The notes: generated by a model from the letters alone, not told the origin. DNA of 64,000 nt from Conchiformibius steedae (GCF_014054725.1 NZ_CP059563.1:893749-957748), one strand, 5' to 3'; shown: positions 1 through 10,475, numbered from the stretch's first letter. A program made the numbers and translations.

Positions 1-767
1 ATGGTTTAACAGGCTTGTGTTACGGCGTTTCTACTGCTTGCACTTCGGGGGCGCGTGCCTTAATCAGCGCCGCGCGATTGCTCAACAGTCAAATGTGTGA
101 TGCGGTGGTGTGTGGGGGCGTGGACACGCTTTCCCCTTTAACCATCAATGGCTTTGAATCTTTAGAAGTGTTGTCGGCAGGGCTGGCGCAACCGTTTTCC
201 GCCCACCGCGACGGCATCAATATCGGCGAAGCAGCAGCGGTGTTTGTGATGACCCGCGAAGCCCTGCCCGACAGCTTGCCCTTGCTTGGTTATGGAAGCA
301 GCAGCGATGCCTATCACATGTCGTCGCCACGCCCTGACGGACAAGGCGCAGCACAGGCATTTCAAGCCGCTTTGGATAAAGCAGGTGTGGCGGCAGACGC
401 AGTCGGTTGGATTAACCTGCACGGTACAGGCACACGGCTAAACGATGCCATGGAAAGCCGTGCGGTGGCGCAAGTGTTTGGCACCGCCACGTCCGCCACG
501 TCCACCAAACCCTTAACAGGGCATACTTTAGGCGCAGCAGGCGCATTGGAAGCCGCTTTGCTGTGGGGCGTGGTGTCCCGTACCGATAATCCGCAGGGCA
601 GATTGCCCCCGCAGTTGGGCGACGGCGTGCGCGACAGCGAATTGCCCGCGATTTTGCTGACTGATGCCCACAGTCGCTGGCGTGCAGGCAGGCGCATCGG
701 TGCGAGTGCTTCGTTTGCCTTTGGCGGTAATAATTGTGTGATTATGATAGGGGAACATCCGGTTTAA
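1..767 (+). CDS. beta-ketoacyl-ACP synthase, 5'-truncated by window edge (ApeO-like KS)
   Basis: KS active-site motifs (TACTSG Cys; HGTGT His) in the translated ORF; the frame runs open to the window start. Confidence 0.75.
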   Translation, partial: GLTGLCYGVSTACTSGARALISAARLLNSQMCDAVVCGGVDTLSPLTINGFESLEVLSAGLAQPFSAHRDGINIGEAAAVFVMTREALPDSLPLLGYGSSSDAYHMSSPRPDGQGAAQAFQAALDKAGVAADAVGWINLHGTGTRLNDAMESRAVAQVFGTATSATSTKPLTGHTLGAAGALEAALLWGVVSRTDNPQGRLPPQLGDGVRDSELPAILLTDAHSRWRAGRRIGASASFAFGGNNCVIMIGEHPV

Positions 768-800
768 TGGGTTGTCCTATCCAATAAAAAAGGAAGACTG

Positions 801-1304
801 ATGAACTATCCGCTTAAACCCGTTGATGCCTATGTACCGCACAGCGGGCGCATGGTGTTGTTGGACGAGATTAGCGCGTGTGATGAACACGGTTTGACTG
901 CCCGCGCCGCCATCCGCCCTGACCATATTTTGCTGCCTGCCGCCGCGCCTGCGCTGCCTGCTTATTTGGGAATGGAAATTATGGCACAAGGCGTAGCAGC
1001 ATGGGCAGGCATACACGCTGCCGAACGCGGCGAAGCAGTGCGTTTGGGTTTTTTGTTGGGAACGCGCAAACTGAATCTGCATTATGCGGAAATTCCTGTG
1101 GGTACGCAGTTGGATGTGTCGGTGGCGCAGTCGTGGCAGGACGAAAACGGCATGGGTGTGTTTGATTGTGAACTGCGTTGTCGCACGCCCGCCGCAGGAC
1201 ACGAAACCGCCATGCCCGCAGGCAGCCTGCTGGTGTCGGGCGCAATGAATGTGTACAGCCCGCGCAGCGAACAGGTTTTGCAAACCTTGCTAAACGGTGC
1301 GTAA
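801..1304 (+). CDS. FabA/FabZ-like hotdog-fold dehydratase (ApeP-like)
   Basis: 167-aa ORF with a hotdog N-terminus (YVPHSGRMVLLDEI); lies between KS and KR genes. Confidence 0.6.
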   Translation: MNYPLKPVDAYVPHSGRMVLLDEISACDEHGLTARAAIRPDHILLPAAAPALPAYLGMEIMAQGVAAWAGIHAAERGEAVRLGFLLGTRKLNLHYAEIPVGTQLDVSVAQSWQDENGMGVFDCELRCRTPAAGHETAMPAGSLLVSGAMNVYSPRSEQVLQTLLNGA

Positions 1305-1339
1305 AATTCAAACCTTTATCCCAATCACGAAAGCCATTT

Positions 1340-2068
1340 ATGAGTCAAACCATTTTAATTACGGGTTCTAACCGTGGCATCGGCAAAGCCGTTGCCTTTG
1401 CCTTGGCGCAAGACGGTTACGATATTGTCGTGCATTGCCGCAGCCGCCGTAGCGAAGCGGAAGCCGTTGCCGAACAGATACGCGGGCTGGGACGTGCAGC
1501 GCGTGTGTTGCAGTTTGACGTATCCGACCGCGCCGCCTGCCGCGCCGTGTTGGAACAAGATATTGAAAACCACGGCGCGTATTACGGCGTGGTGCTGAAT
1601 GCGGGATTAACCCGCGACAATGCCTTTCCCGCTTTAAGCGATGAGGACTGGGACAGCGTATTGCGTACCAATTTGGACGGTTTTTACAATGTGTTGCACC
1701 CCGTTATCATGCCGATGATACGCCGCCGTGCCGCCGGACGGATTGTGTGTATGGCTTCGGTGTCGGGGCTGGCGGGCAATCGCGGGCAAGTGAATTACAG
1801 TGCGTCCAAAGCAGGGCTGATTGGCGCAGCCAAAGCCTTGGCGGTGGAGCTGGCTAAACGCAAAATTACGGTAAACTGCGTTGCCCCCGGTTTGATTGAT
1901 ACCGAAATTGTGGATGAGCGCGTGCCGGTGGATGAAATTTTAAAAGCCGTTCCCGCGCAGCGCATGGGTACGCCCGAAGAAGTTGCCCACGCAGTACGTT
2001 TTTTAATGGCGGAACACGCCGCTTATATTACCCGTCAAGTGATTGCGGTAAACGGGGGATTGTGCTGA
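1340..2068 (+). CDS. 3-oxoacyl-ACP reductase, SDR family (FabG/ApeQ-like)
   Basis: N-terminal TGSNRGIGKAVA Rossmann motif and SDR catalytic region; start chosen at MSQTILITG, the longer upstream ORF extension is rejected. Confidence 0.8.
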   Translation: MSQTILITGSNRGIGKAVAFALAQDGYDIVVHCRSRRSEAEAVAEQIRGLGRAARVLQFDVSDRAACRAVLEQDIENHGAYYGVVLNAGLTRDNAFPALSDEDWDSVLRTNLDGFYNVLHPVIMPMIRRRAAGRIVCMASVSGLAGNRGQVNYSASKAGLIGAAKALAVELAKRKITVNCVAPGLIDTEIVDERVPVDEILKAVPAQRMGTPEEVAHAVRFLMAEHAAYITRQVIAVNGGLC

Positions 2069-3294
2069 TGCAAAGCAAACGTGTGGTGATTACGGGCGTG
2101 GGCGCGGTGTGCGCGTTCGGGCGCGAGTGGGACGAGATACAGGCGCATTTGGCAGCGGGTAAAAATGCGGTGAAAGCCATGCCGCAGTGGTCGGAATTTG
2201 AAGAATTGGAAGCGCTGTTGGCTGCACCTTTGCCTGCTTACCAAACGCCCGCGCATTGGACACGCAAGCAGTTACGCAGCATGGGACCTGTGGCGCAATA
2301 TGCGGTGGACGCGGCGGAACAAGCCTTACAAAACGCAGGTTTGCTGGGAAGTAATCTGATTTTAAACGGTAATATGGGCGTGGCAGCGGGTTCGTCTGCG
2401 GGCAGTACCGCCGATATTTTGGACGTGGGTTTGCTGTTGTCGCACCTGCCTAATCAGTTTAACGCCAATACTTATGTGCGTATGATGCCGCACACGGTGG
2501 CTGCCAATATCGCCATTTTTTTTGGTTTGAGCGGACGGGTAATTCCCACTTCCAGCGCCTGCACTTCAGGCAGCCAAGGCATTGGCTATGCTTATGAAGC
2601 GATTAAATACGGCAAAATTCCGATGATGCTGGCAGGCGGTTCGGAACAGCTTTGTCCTTCAGAAGTGTATGTGTTTGATTCTTTATACGCTGCCAGCCGC
2701 CGCAACGATGCGCCTGAAGCCACCCCGCGCCCTTATGATGCTGACCGTGATGGTTTAGTGATTGGCGAAGGCGCGTGCATGATGGTATTGGAAGAGCTGG
2801 AACACGCCCAAGCGCGTGGGGCGCAGATTATTGCCGAAATTGTCGGTTATGGCGCAAATTCAGATGGCACACACATTACCCGTCCCGAAAAAACCACCAT
2901 GCAGCGTTGCATGGAACTGGCATTGGCGGATGCGGGCGTGGCAGCGGCGGAAATTGGTTATGTGTGCGGACACGGCACCGCCACCGAGCAGGGCGACATC
3001 GCCGAAACCCAAGCCACCGCCGCCGTATTTGGGCGTGTGCCTTTAAGTTCGCCCAAAAGCTATTTGGGACACACTTTGGGGGCGTGCGGGGCGTTGGAAT
3101 CGTGGTTTGCCATAGAAATGATGCGCGGGCAATGGTTTGCACCCACGGTTAATTTGGATAATCCCGACCCGCGTTGCGGCGAAGTGGATTATATTGTCGG
3201 CAGCGGGCGCAAGATAGACACCCAATGGGTAATGAACAATAATTTTGCTTTTGGCGGCGTGAATACTTCTTTGATTTTTAAGCGTTGGGATTAG
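2068..3294 (+). CDS. beta-ketoacyl-ACP synthase (ApeR-like KS)
   Basis: SACTSG active-site Cys and a HGTATEQGD motif; its ATG overlaps the stop of the upstream reductase by 1 nt. Confidence 0.8.
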   Translation: MQSKRVVITGVGAVCAFGREWDEIQAHLAAGKNAVKAMPQWSEFEELEALLAAPLPAYQTPAHWTRKQLRSMGPVAQYAVDAAEQALQNAGLLGSNLILNGNMGVAAGSSAGSTADILDVGLLLSHLPNQFNANTYVRMMPHTVAANIAIFFGLSGRVIPTSSACTSGSQGIGYAYEAIKYGKIPMMLAGGSEQLCPSEVYVFDSLYAASRRNDAPEATPRPYDADRDGLVIGEGACMMVLEELEHAQARGAQIIAEIVGYGANSDGTHITRPEKTTMQRCMELALADAGVAAAEIGYVCGHGTATEQGDIAETQATAAVFGRVPLSSPKSYLGHTLGACGALESWFAIEMMRGQWFAPTVNLDNPDPRCGEVDYIVGSGRKIDTQWVMNNNFAFGGVNTSLIFKRWD

Positions 3295-3386
3295 TTTATC
3301 AGCTTTAAACCCTTGCCGATGCCCCGCGCAACGGTTATGATAAAGCACTTTATTTTCACAACCACACCATTTTTAAGGAGCTACAC

Positions 3387-4007
3387 ATGGCTTACACTTT
3401 GCCCGAACTGGGCTATGCCTACGATGCGTTGGAGCCGCATTTTGACAAAGAAACCATGGAAATCCACCACAGCAAACACCATCAGGCTTATGTAAACAAC
3501 GCCAACGCTGCTTTGGAAAGCCTGCCCGAATTTGCTGCATTGTCTGCTGAAGAGCTGATTGCCCGCTTGGCGGAACTGCCTGCCGACAAACAAACCGCTT
3601 TGCGTAATAATGCGGGCGGTCATGCCAACCACAGCTTTTTCTGGAAAGGCTTGAAAACGGGTACGCAATTGGGCGGTAGCCTGAAAGCGGCGATTGAGCG
3701 TGATTTTGGCAGTGTGGAAGCTTTTCAAGCCGAATTTGAAAAAGCCGCTGCCACCCGTTTTGGTTCAGGCTGGGCGTGGCTGGTGGCAGATGGCGGCAAA
3801 CTGAAAGTGGTTTCCACTGCCAACCAAGACAGCCCCTTGATGGGCGAAGCCGTAGCAGGCTGCAAAGGCACACCGATTATCGGTTTGGATGTATGGGAAC
3901 ACGCCTATTATTTGAAATTCCAAAACCGCCGTCCCGATTATGTTAAAGCATTTTGGAGCGTGGTCAACTGGGACGAGGCGCAAGCCCGTTTTGATGCTGC
4001 GGCTTAA
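3387..4007 (+). CDS. sodB: Fe/Mn superoxide dismutase
   Basis: [36 protein letters not shown] is a classic SOD N-terminus; AAGGAG RBS upstream. Confidence 0.95.
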   Translation: MAYTLPELGYAYDALEPHFDKETMEIHHSKHHQAYVNNANAALESLPEFAALSAEELIARLAELPADKQTALRNNAGGHANHSFFWKGLKTGTQLGGSLKAAIERDFGSVEAFQAEFEKAAATRFGSGWAWLVADGGKLKVVSTANQDSPLMGEAVAGCKGTPIIGLDVWEHAYYLKFQNRRPDYVKAFWSVVNWDEAQARFDAAA

Positions 4008-4024
4008 TGCCTGAATAAAATCAA

Positions 4025-4075
4025 TAAAAAACACAGCGTTTGTGATAGTCAAACGCTGTGTTTTGTTTTGTAAGG
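4025..4075. terminator. bidirectional rho-independent terminator (sodB / laz)
   Basis: hairpin cacagcgtttg...caaacgctgtg followed by a T-run. Confidence 0.7.
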
Positions 4076-4078
4076 GGT

Positions 4079-4621
4079 TTAATCAGCCAAAACCACTTTG
4101 CCGTTCATCATGCTGGCATGACCGGGGAAGGTGCAGAAGAAAACGTATTCTTCGCCTTTGTTCAGCTTGGATACGTTTAACACCAGCGTGTCTTCTTCGC
4201 CGCCGCCCAACAGCTTGGTAGAAGCCAATACGCGCTCATCGTTGCTTTTCAGGTAGTTATTATCCACACCTGAAGACGTACCGTCAGCAGTTATGCCGTC
4301 TTTATCGGCAGCTTTGCTAATCACTAAATTATGCCCCATGGCTTGTTTGGGCTGTTTGCCGCTGTGTTTCAAGGTAACGGCAAATTCTTTACAGCCGGAT
4401 TTGACTTTGATTTCGTTGCTGTCAAATTTCATGTCGTCGCCGCCGCTTAATGTAAAAGTACATTCGGGGGGAATATTGGCAGCGGCAGATGAGGCGGCAG
4501 GGGCAACAGCAGCAGGGGGCGGGGTTTGTTCAGCGGCTTGTGGGGTTTCTTCTTTGTTGCCACCACAGGCACTTAATGACAAGGCAGCGGCAATCATCAG
4601 ACTGATATAAGGGGTTTTCAT
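4079..4621 (-). CDS. laz: lipid-modified azurin (lipoprotein; Ala/Pro-rich H.8-like linker + cupredoxin)
   Basis: MKTPYISLMIAAALSLSACGG lipobox; AAEQTPPPAAVAPAASS linker; azurin C-terminus FFCTFPGHASMMNGKVVL. Confidence 0.85.
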   Translation of the reverse strand: MKTPYISLMIAAALSLSACGGNKEETPQAAEQTPPPAAVAPAASSAAANIPPECTFTLSGGDDMKFDSNEIKVKSGCKEFAVTLKHSGKQPKQAMGHNLVISKAADKDGITADGTSSGVDNNYLKSNDERVLASTKLLGGGEEDTLVLNVSKLNKGEEYVFFCTFPGHASMMNGKVVLAD

Positions 4622-4731
4622 AATGGGTTCTCCATGCAGATGGGAAAAGAAAAGATAGGGAACACGGCTGAATGCGATAAAGCCTGTGTTTCCAACTGTT
4701 AATTTTAGCATAAACTGTGTTCAATTCGGCT

Positions 4732-6780
4732 TCAGGCTTTTAAAAATCCCGCACGGCTGCCCAACCAGCGTTGCAGGTGTTCGGCGGCGGTTTGGGGGTG
4801 GTGTGCCAATAATTCGGCGGCGGCAATGCGTGCGGCTTCCAATAATGGTAAATCGTTTTCCAAATCGGCAAAGCGCAACATCGGCAAACCGCTTTGACGT
4901 GCGCCCAGAAATTCCCCCGGTCCGCGAATCTGCAAGTCTTGACGGGCGATTTCAAAACCGTCTGTGTGTTGGTAAATCACTTTTAAACGTGCTTTTGAAG
5001 TTTCGCCCAAAGGCTCGGCAAACAACAATACGCAGGTGCTGTGCGCCGCGCCGCGACCCACGCGCCCGCGCAGTTGGTGCAGTTGTGCCAAACCCATGCG
5101 CTCGGCGTGTTCAATCACCATTAAAGCGGCATTGGGTACGTCCACGCCCACTTCAATCACGGTGGTGGCGACCAAAACCTGTATTTCGCCCGCAATAAAA
5201 CGCGCCATCACTTCGGCTTTTTCGGCGGCTTTCATGCGACCGTGCAGCAGTCCAATGGCGAGTTCGGGCAGGGCGGTTTGCAGTTGTGCCAAAGTATCGG
5301 TGGCGGTTTGCAGTTGCAGGGTTTCGCTTTCTTCAATCAGCGGACACACCCAATATGCCTGATAACCTTGCCGACAGGTATGCAGCACAAAGCCTTCCAC
5401 TTCGCGGCGGCGGTTGTGGCTGACCAATTTGGTGCGTATCGGCGTGCGCCCTGGCGGCAATTCGTCAATCACCGACACATCCAAATCGGCAAAAAAGCCC
5501 ATCGCCAGCGTGCGCGGAATCGGTGTGGCAGACATCATCAGCTGGTGTACGTCCTGACCTTTGTTTTTTAATGCCAAACGTTGTGCCACGCCAAAACGGT
5601 GCTGTTCGTCCACCACCGCCAAGCCCAAATTGTGAAACACAATATCGTCTTGAAACAGCGCGTGTGTGCCTACTGCCACGCGCGTTTGCCCCGACAGCAA
5701 AGCCGCTTTTGCAGTGTCTTTGGCTTTTTTGCGGGTGCGTCCCGACAACAGCACTGTTTCAATCCCCAAAGGCGCAAACCATTGGCAGAATTTTTGATAA
5801 TGCTGTTCGGCGAGGATTTCGGTGGGTGCCATTACTGCCACTTGAAAGCCTTGCGCGTCTTCCAATGCCGTTAATGCCGCCAACGCCGCCACCAAGGTTT
5901 TGCCGCTGCCCACATCGCCTTGTAGTAAACGGTGCATCGGTATGCTGCGCGACAAATCCGCCGCAATTTCCGCACACACGAGCTGTTGCGCCGCTGTGGG
6001 CGTAAACGGCAACGCCGCCAAAAACGGCGTAATCAAGCTGCCGTTGCCCCGAATCGGACGCGCCGAACCGCTTTCGCGCTGCTGGCGTGCTTGTTGCATG
6101 GAAAGCTGTTGCGCCAATAATTCGTCAAATTTCAGCCTTTGCAAGGCAGGATGATGACCGTTTAACAGCATTTGCGGCGACACATCGGGCGGCGGACGGT
6201 GCAGCAGTTGCAAACTGTCGTACAGCGGCGGCAGGCACAAACGGCGCAACAGGGCTTCGGGCAACAGTTCTTCGCGGCTGATGTGTGCCAATGCCGTTGC
6301 CACCGCACGGCGCAGCACCGTTTGCGGCAAACCCGATACCGTGGGATACACGGGTGTCAGCGTATCCGCCAAAGGTGTAGAGCTGGCAGCGCGGATTTTC
6401 GGGTGTATCATTTCCGCCCCGTAAAACCCGTGTCTGATTTCCCCCAAAGCGCGTACCGTTTTACCCACTGCCAACTGCTGTTGCTGGTTGGGATAAAAAT
6501 TTAAAAAACGCACAAACAGCCTGCTGCCTTCCGCATCGCAGATTTGCGCCACCAGCTGACGGCGCGGTTTGAACACCACTTCGCAATGCACCACCGTTCC
6601 TTCCACCTGACAAGGCGTGCCAAACGGTGCACGCGCAATTGATACAATGCGCGTTTCGTCTTCATAACGCAGCGGCAGGTGCAATGCCAAATCCCAAGCC
6701 TGATAAAGATGCAGTTTTTCCAATTTTTGGGCAAGGGTCGCGCTGATGTCGGGCAGGGAACGGACGGGAAGCATCATCAT
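4732..6780 (-). CDS. recG: ATP-dependent DNA helicase RecG
   Basis: GDVGSGKT Walker A and DEQHRFG helicase motifs; start set at the MMM cluster preceded by AGGAAAG. Confidence 0.9.
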   Translation of the reverse strand: MMMLPVRSLPDISATLAQKLEKLHLYQAWDLALHLPLRYEDETRIVSIARAPFGTPCQVEGTVVHCEVVFKPRRQLVAQICDAEGSRLFVRFLNFYPNQQQQLAVGKTVRALGEIRHGFYGAEMIHPKIRAASSTPLADTLTPVYPTVSGLPQTVLRRAVATALAHISREELLPEALLRRLCLPPLYDSLQLLHRPPPDVSPQMLLNGHHPALQRLKFDELLAQQLSMQQARQQRESGSARPIRGNGSLITPFLAALPFTPTAAQQLVCAEIAADLSRSIPMHRLLQGDVGSGKTLVAALAALTALEDAQGFQVAVMAPTEILAEQHYQKFCQWFAPLGIETVLLSGRTRKKAKDTAKAALLSGQTRVAVGTHALFQDDIVFHNLGLAVVDEQHRFGVAQRLALKNKGQDVHQLMMSATPIPRTLAMGFFADLDVSVIDELPPGRTPIRTKLVSHNRRREVEGFVLHTCRQGYQAYWVCPLIEESETLQLQTATDTLAQLQTALPELAIGLLHGRMKAAEKAEVMARFIAGEIQVLVATTVIEVGVDVPNAALMVIEHAERMGLAQLHQLRGRVGRGAAHSTCVLLFAEPLGETSKARLKVIYQHTDGFEIARQDLQIRGPGEFLGARQSGLPMLRFADLENDLPLLEAARIAAAELLAHHPQTAAEHLQRWLGSRAGFLKA

Positions 6781-6800
6781 CTTTCCTAATAAGGGACAAT

Positions 6801-7220
6801 ATGGAAACGGCATTATTGTACAGCTTGGGCGGATTGTTTGTGTCTGCCTTCACATCGGCCACCATTCTACCTGGAACGTCTGAAGCGGTGCTGGCAGCCT
6901 TGTTGTATGCCCACCCCAATAGCTGGCTGTGGGCGTGGCTGTTGGCGGGTTGGGGCAATACGCTCGGTTCGCTGGTCACTTACGGCATGGGACGCGCCCT
7001 GCCGCAGCGTTTGAATAAAATCCCGCCACGGGCGCAAACGCTGTTGCATCGTTACGGCGCATGGACTTTGCTGTTGGCGTGGGTGCCGATATTGGGCGAT
7101 GCTTTGCCTTTGGCGGCAGGGTGTTTGCGTTTGCCTGTGTGGTGGTGCGCGGCGGCGTTGGCAGTGGGTAAGTTTGCCCGTTATGCCGTGGTGGTGGCGG
7201 GCATGCTTGCCCTTGCCTGA
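6801..7220 (+). CDS. yqaA: inner-membrane protein YqaA (DedA/SNARE-associated family)
   Basis: LLPGTSEAVL and YGAWTLLLAWVPILGD motifs match E. coli YqaA. Confidence 0.75.
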   Translation: METALLYSLGGLFVSAFTSATILPGTSEAVLAALLYAHPNSWLWAWLLAGWGNTLGSLVTYGMGRALPQRLNKIPPRAQTLLHRYGAWTLLLAWVPILGDALPLAAGCLRLPVWWCAAALAVGKFARYAVVVAGMLALA

Positions 7221-7277
7221 GAATGCCTTTTTTGGCGTACAATCGCGCCGTAACAAATTTGATTTTAGGAAAACAAA

Positions 7278-7691
7278 ATGTATTTATGGTTAAAAAGCCT
7301 ACACCTGTTTTTTATGGTGGCGTGGTTTGCGGGATTGTTTTACCTGCCAAGAATTTATGTCAATCTGGCAATGGCGGAAAACAAACAGGAATACGCCCGT
7401 TTGCTATTGATGGCGCAAAAGCTGTTTAAGTTTATGACGCCTTGGGGCGTGGGGGCGTTGTTGTGCGGGCTGGCGATGCCGCTGGTGTCGGGGGCTTGGG
7501 CGGGCTGGGTGCACGCCAAAATCACCTTGGGCTTGCTGCTGGCGGGCTATCATGTGTGGTGCGGGGTGATTTTGCGCCGTTTTCAAAATAACCATAACCA
7601 GCGTTCGCACCGTTGGTTCCGCGTGTTTAACGAATTGCCCGTGTTTGTGCTGATGGCAGCGGTGTATTTGGCGGTGTTCAAACCGTTTTAA
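7278..7691 (+). CDS. hemJ: protoporphyrinogen IX oxidase HemJ
   Basis: MYLWLKSLHLFFMVAWFAGLFYLPRIYV is the HemJ/UPF0093 signature. Confidence 0.75.
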   Translation: MYLWLKSLHLFFMVAWFAGLFYLPRIYVNLAMAENKQEYARLLLMAQKLFKFMTPWGVGALLCGLAMPLVSGAWAGWVHAKITLGLLLAGYHVWCGVILRRFQNNHNQRSHRWFRVFNELPVFVLMAAVYLAVFKPF

Positions 7692-7703
7692 GGAACAGTA
7701 ACT

Positions 7704-8186
7704 ATGCACACTTTGGAAATTGAAAGACGTTTTTTATTGGCAGACGACAGCTGGCGCAGCAGCGCGGGCGAGCCGCAACGCTTGTATCAGGGCTATATCA
7801 GCGTGGAAAAAGAACGCACCGTGCGCGTGCGTATCGTAGGCGAACGCGCTTGGCTGACCTTAAAAGGCTATGTGTCGGACATCAGCCGCAGCGAGTATGA
7901 ATATCCGATTCCTGTGGCAGATGCGCGGGCGATGTTGGCGGATTTGTGCCTGTTTACGGTGGAAAAAAACCGTTATCGGGTGGCGCATGGCGGTTGGGTG
8001 TATGAAATTGATGAGTTTTTTGGCGACAACGCGCCTTTGGTGTTGGCAGAATTGGAATTGCCCGCCGAAAACACGCCGTTTGTGCCGCCACCGTGGCTGG
8101 GGCGCGAAATCACTGCAGACGGGCGTTTTACCAATGCGTATTTGAGCCGTCATCCTTACGGCACTTGGGGCGCAAACGGTATCTGA
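7704..8186 (+). CDS. CYTH-domain protein (CyaB/triphosphatase-like)
   Basis: EIERRFLL N-terminal CYTH motif; 160 aa. Confidence 0.65.
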   Translation: MHTLEIERRFLLADDSWRSSAGEPQRLYQGYISVEKERTVRVRIVGERAWLTLKGYVSDISRSEYEYPIPVADARAMLADLCLFTVEKNRYRVAHGGWVYEIDEFFGDNAPLVLAELELPAENTPFVPPPWLGREITADGRFTNAYLSRHPYGTWGANGI

Positions 8187-8205
8187 ATGCGCCAAAACGT
8201 GTCGC

Positions 8206-10422
8206 ATGGGCGCGTTTTTGTTAAAATTCAGGCTTTATGGTCGGATTTGTGTTGCTATGTTGATGTTTTACTTGCGTTACCGCCGTGGGTGGTTAAAAGT
8301 TGTGCTGTTGCTGGCGATGATTCCGCTGCTGTTGGCGGCGGGGGCGTATGCGGTGCTGTACCGTATTTCGGGCTACACGTTTTTGCAGCAGCAAACGGCG
8401 GCGGCGTTGGCAGGTACGCAGCGCAAGGCAAATTTTGATGCCGATGTGGGGCGCACGCTGTTTCCGCGTCCCACCATTGTGCTGCGCCATTTCAGTTTAA
8501 CCGAAGCAGACGGACAAACCCCTGTATTACGCGCCAAAGAAATGCGCGTGGGTTTGGCATGGCGCAGCTTGCTGGGTCAGCCCGAAGTGGAAAAGCTGGT
8601 GTTGCAGGACGTGGGTGCATTGGCGGTGCGCGGCGACAACGGGCAATGGAATTTCAGTGATTTTTTGGATAAACCTGCGGGCAACATCGCGGTAAACCGT
8701 GTGCAGATTGCCAATGGCAATTTGATGATACAGGCATTTGGTCGTCAGATTGAATTGAAAAACATGGATTACCGCCAATCGCGTGATGACGGCGCACATT
8801 TTCCCTATTCGCTGCGGGCAACGGCAACGCACCCTGCTTGGCAAAAATTGGAATTGTCGGCGCACGGGCAGGCGGTTTGGGATAAGGGTATGTTTACGCT
8901 GCCTGATTTGCTGGTGCAGTTTGACGGCATGGAAAACAATGAAAGTTTTTCGGGTAGTTTGTCGGGCAAGGTGCGCTTTCCCAATCGTGTGTTTCACGCC
9001 GAGCAGGGCAAGCTGATTTTCCGCAGCAACCGCTTTGCCAGCCACACCGATTTGAACATCGGGCGCATGTTCCAGCAAAACGACCATTTGCAAATTTATG
9101 ATGTGAATAGCGTGTTTACGGGTAATGACGAGCAACGCCGTTACAACGGTACACTCACAGTAAAACAGGCGCAGTTGGCGCAAGGGCATTTGTTGGTACC
9201 GCAGTTGGCGGCGGATTTGGCGGCACAGGCTTCGGGTAGCGAGCGTTTGCATGTGGATATTACGGGCGCGGCGGGTTGGCAACCCGAACAGGGTTTTGCG
9301 ATGCCTGATTTTAAATTATCCACCCGTCAGGAAAAGACAGGTGGTGTGCCGCGTTTTGTGTCGGAATGGACAGGCGGTTTGTCTTTGGGCGGCATGGAAA
9401 ATTGGCAAATTCAGGCGCAGGGTTCGTTTGACCGCCACCCCGCCATGTTTGAATTGAAACGCGATGGCGACAATATTGACGGACAAGTAGAATTGGCAAA
9501 ACTGAATTTGGGCAATTACTTGGACAATTTCAGCCGTCACGCCGACCACCCCTATCCCGCATGGCTGAAAGACCGTTTGAAAACCAATATTTTAATTACC
9601 ATCAATGCATTAAATGTACCGGGTTTGGAAATTTTCAATATCCGCACCGTATTAAAAGCCGATGAAGCACAGGCGCAGTTTTCGCCGCTGATTGCCGATT
9701 TGTACAGCGGGCACGCCGAAGGCAGTTTGAGCATCAGCAACAGCCGTCCCACCCAATACACTTTGAAACAAAAAGCTGAATCGGTGCAAATCCGTCCGTT
9801 GATGCAGGATTTGTTCCGCAACAGCAGCTTGAGCGGCAAAGGTAAAGCCGATTTGAACTTTACCACCAGCGGCAGCAACCGCCGCGAACTGACCGAAAAC
9901 CTGTCGGGCAGCTTAAACATCAATGTGGAAAACGGTTTTTGGCACGGTATCAGCATCCGCGAACTGATGAAAGCCGCCACCGCCGAAGATGCTGCCGAAG
10001 ACGGCACATTGGCATTGGGCGATGACGACACCAAACGTTCCACCCCATTTGATACCTTTGAACTAAAAGCAAAAATTCAAAACGGCGTAAGCAAGCACCG
10101 CACAGACGGACGCTTTAGCGCCCCCGCCGTGCGCATGATGGGGAAAGGCGAAACCAATTTGTACAGCGGTTTGATGAGCGAAGATTTGAGCATTGTCAGC
10201 AACAACGGGCGCGACACCCTGCCGCTGCGCTTGTCAGGTAGTATGGACAACCCATCTATCAGCTTGAATTACAATAAAATTACTTCAGGCTTAAACACCC
10301 CCAAAGAAAAACAACAAGCCGTAACAGGCGCGTTGAAAAAACAATGGGAATGGATTAAAGAGCAAAGCCGCAAAACCAAACAGGAAAGCGCGTCTGAGGC
10401 CGCCACCCCCAAACCCTGGTGA
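8206..10422 (+). CDS. AsmA-family outer-membrane assembly protein
   Basis: N-terminal TM helix followed by a long periplasmic domain of AsmA-like composition; the true start may lie at an internal M. Confidence 0.55.
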   Translation: MGAFLLKFRLYGRICVAMLMFYLRYRRGWLKVVLLLAMIPLLLAAGAYAVLYRISGYTFLQQQTAAALAGTQRKANFDADVGRTLFPRPTIVLRHFSLTEADGQTPVLRAKEMRVGLAWRSLLGQPEVEKLVLQDVGALAVRGDNGQWNFSDFLDKPAGNIAVNRVQIANGNLMIQAFGRQIELKNMDYRQSRDDGAHFPYSLRATATHPAWQKLELSAHGQAVWDKGMFTLPDLLVQFDGMENNESFSGSLSGKVRFPNRVFHAEQGKLIFRSNRFASHTDLNIGRMFQQNDHLQIYDVNSVFTGNDEQRRYNGTLTVKQAQLAQGHLLVPQLAADLAAQASGSERLHVDITGAAGWQPEQGFAMPDFKLSTRQEKTGGVPRFVSEWTGGLSLGGMENWQIQAQGSFDRHPAMFELKRDGDNIDGQVELAKLNLGNYLDNFSRHADHPYPAWLKDRLKTNILITINALNVPGLEIFNIRTVLKADEAQAQFSPLIADLYSGHAEGSLSISNSRPTQYTLKQKAESVQIRPLMQDLFRNSSLSGKGKADLNFTTSGSNRRELTENLSGSLNINVENGFWHGISIRELMKAATAEDAAEDGTLALGDDDTKRSTPFDTFELKAKIQNGVSKHRTDGRFSAPAVRMMGKGETNLYSGLMSEDLSIVSNNGRDTLPLRLSGSMDNPSISLNYNKITSGLNTPKEKQQAVTGALKKQWEWIKEQSRKTKQESASEAATPKPW

Positions 10423-10429
10423 TGCCTTG

Positions 10430-10475
10430 CGCCCGCTGCCGCCGTGTTTTGTCGTGCGCGGGCGTTTCGGTTAGA
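10430..10475 (+). terminator. rho-independent terminator
   Basis: cgcccgctgccgccgtgttttgtcgtgcgcgggcg stem followed by a T-run. Confidence 0.6.

Noticed and set aside
1178-1339. Long N-terminal extension of the FabG-like ORF (1178-2068)
   Set aside because: The extension overlaps the hotdog gene in another frame and is Arg-rich junk. The canonical SDR N-terminus starts at 1340.
3373-3873. 166-aa and 115-aa minus-strand ORFs antisense to sodB
   Set aside because: They lie entirely inside the highly conserved sodB coding sequence. They are antisense artefacts of GC-rich sequence.
5036-6504. Numerous 60-170-aa ORFs on the plus strand within recG
   Set aside because: They are antisense to a conserved helicase gene. 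Arg/Cys/Pro-rich translations are typical of GC-rich antisense frames.
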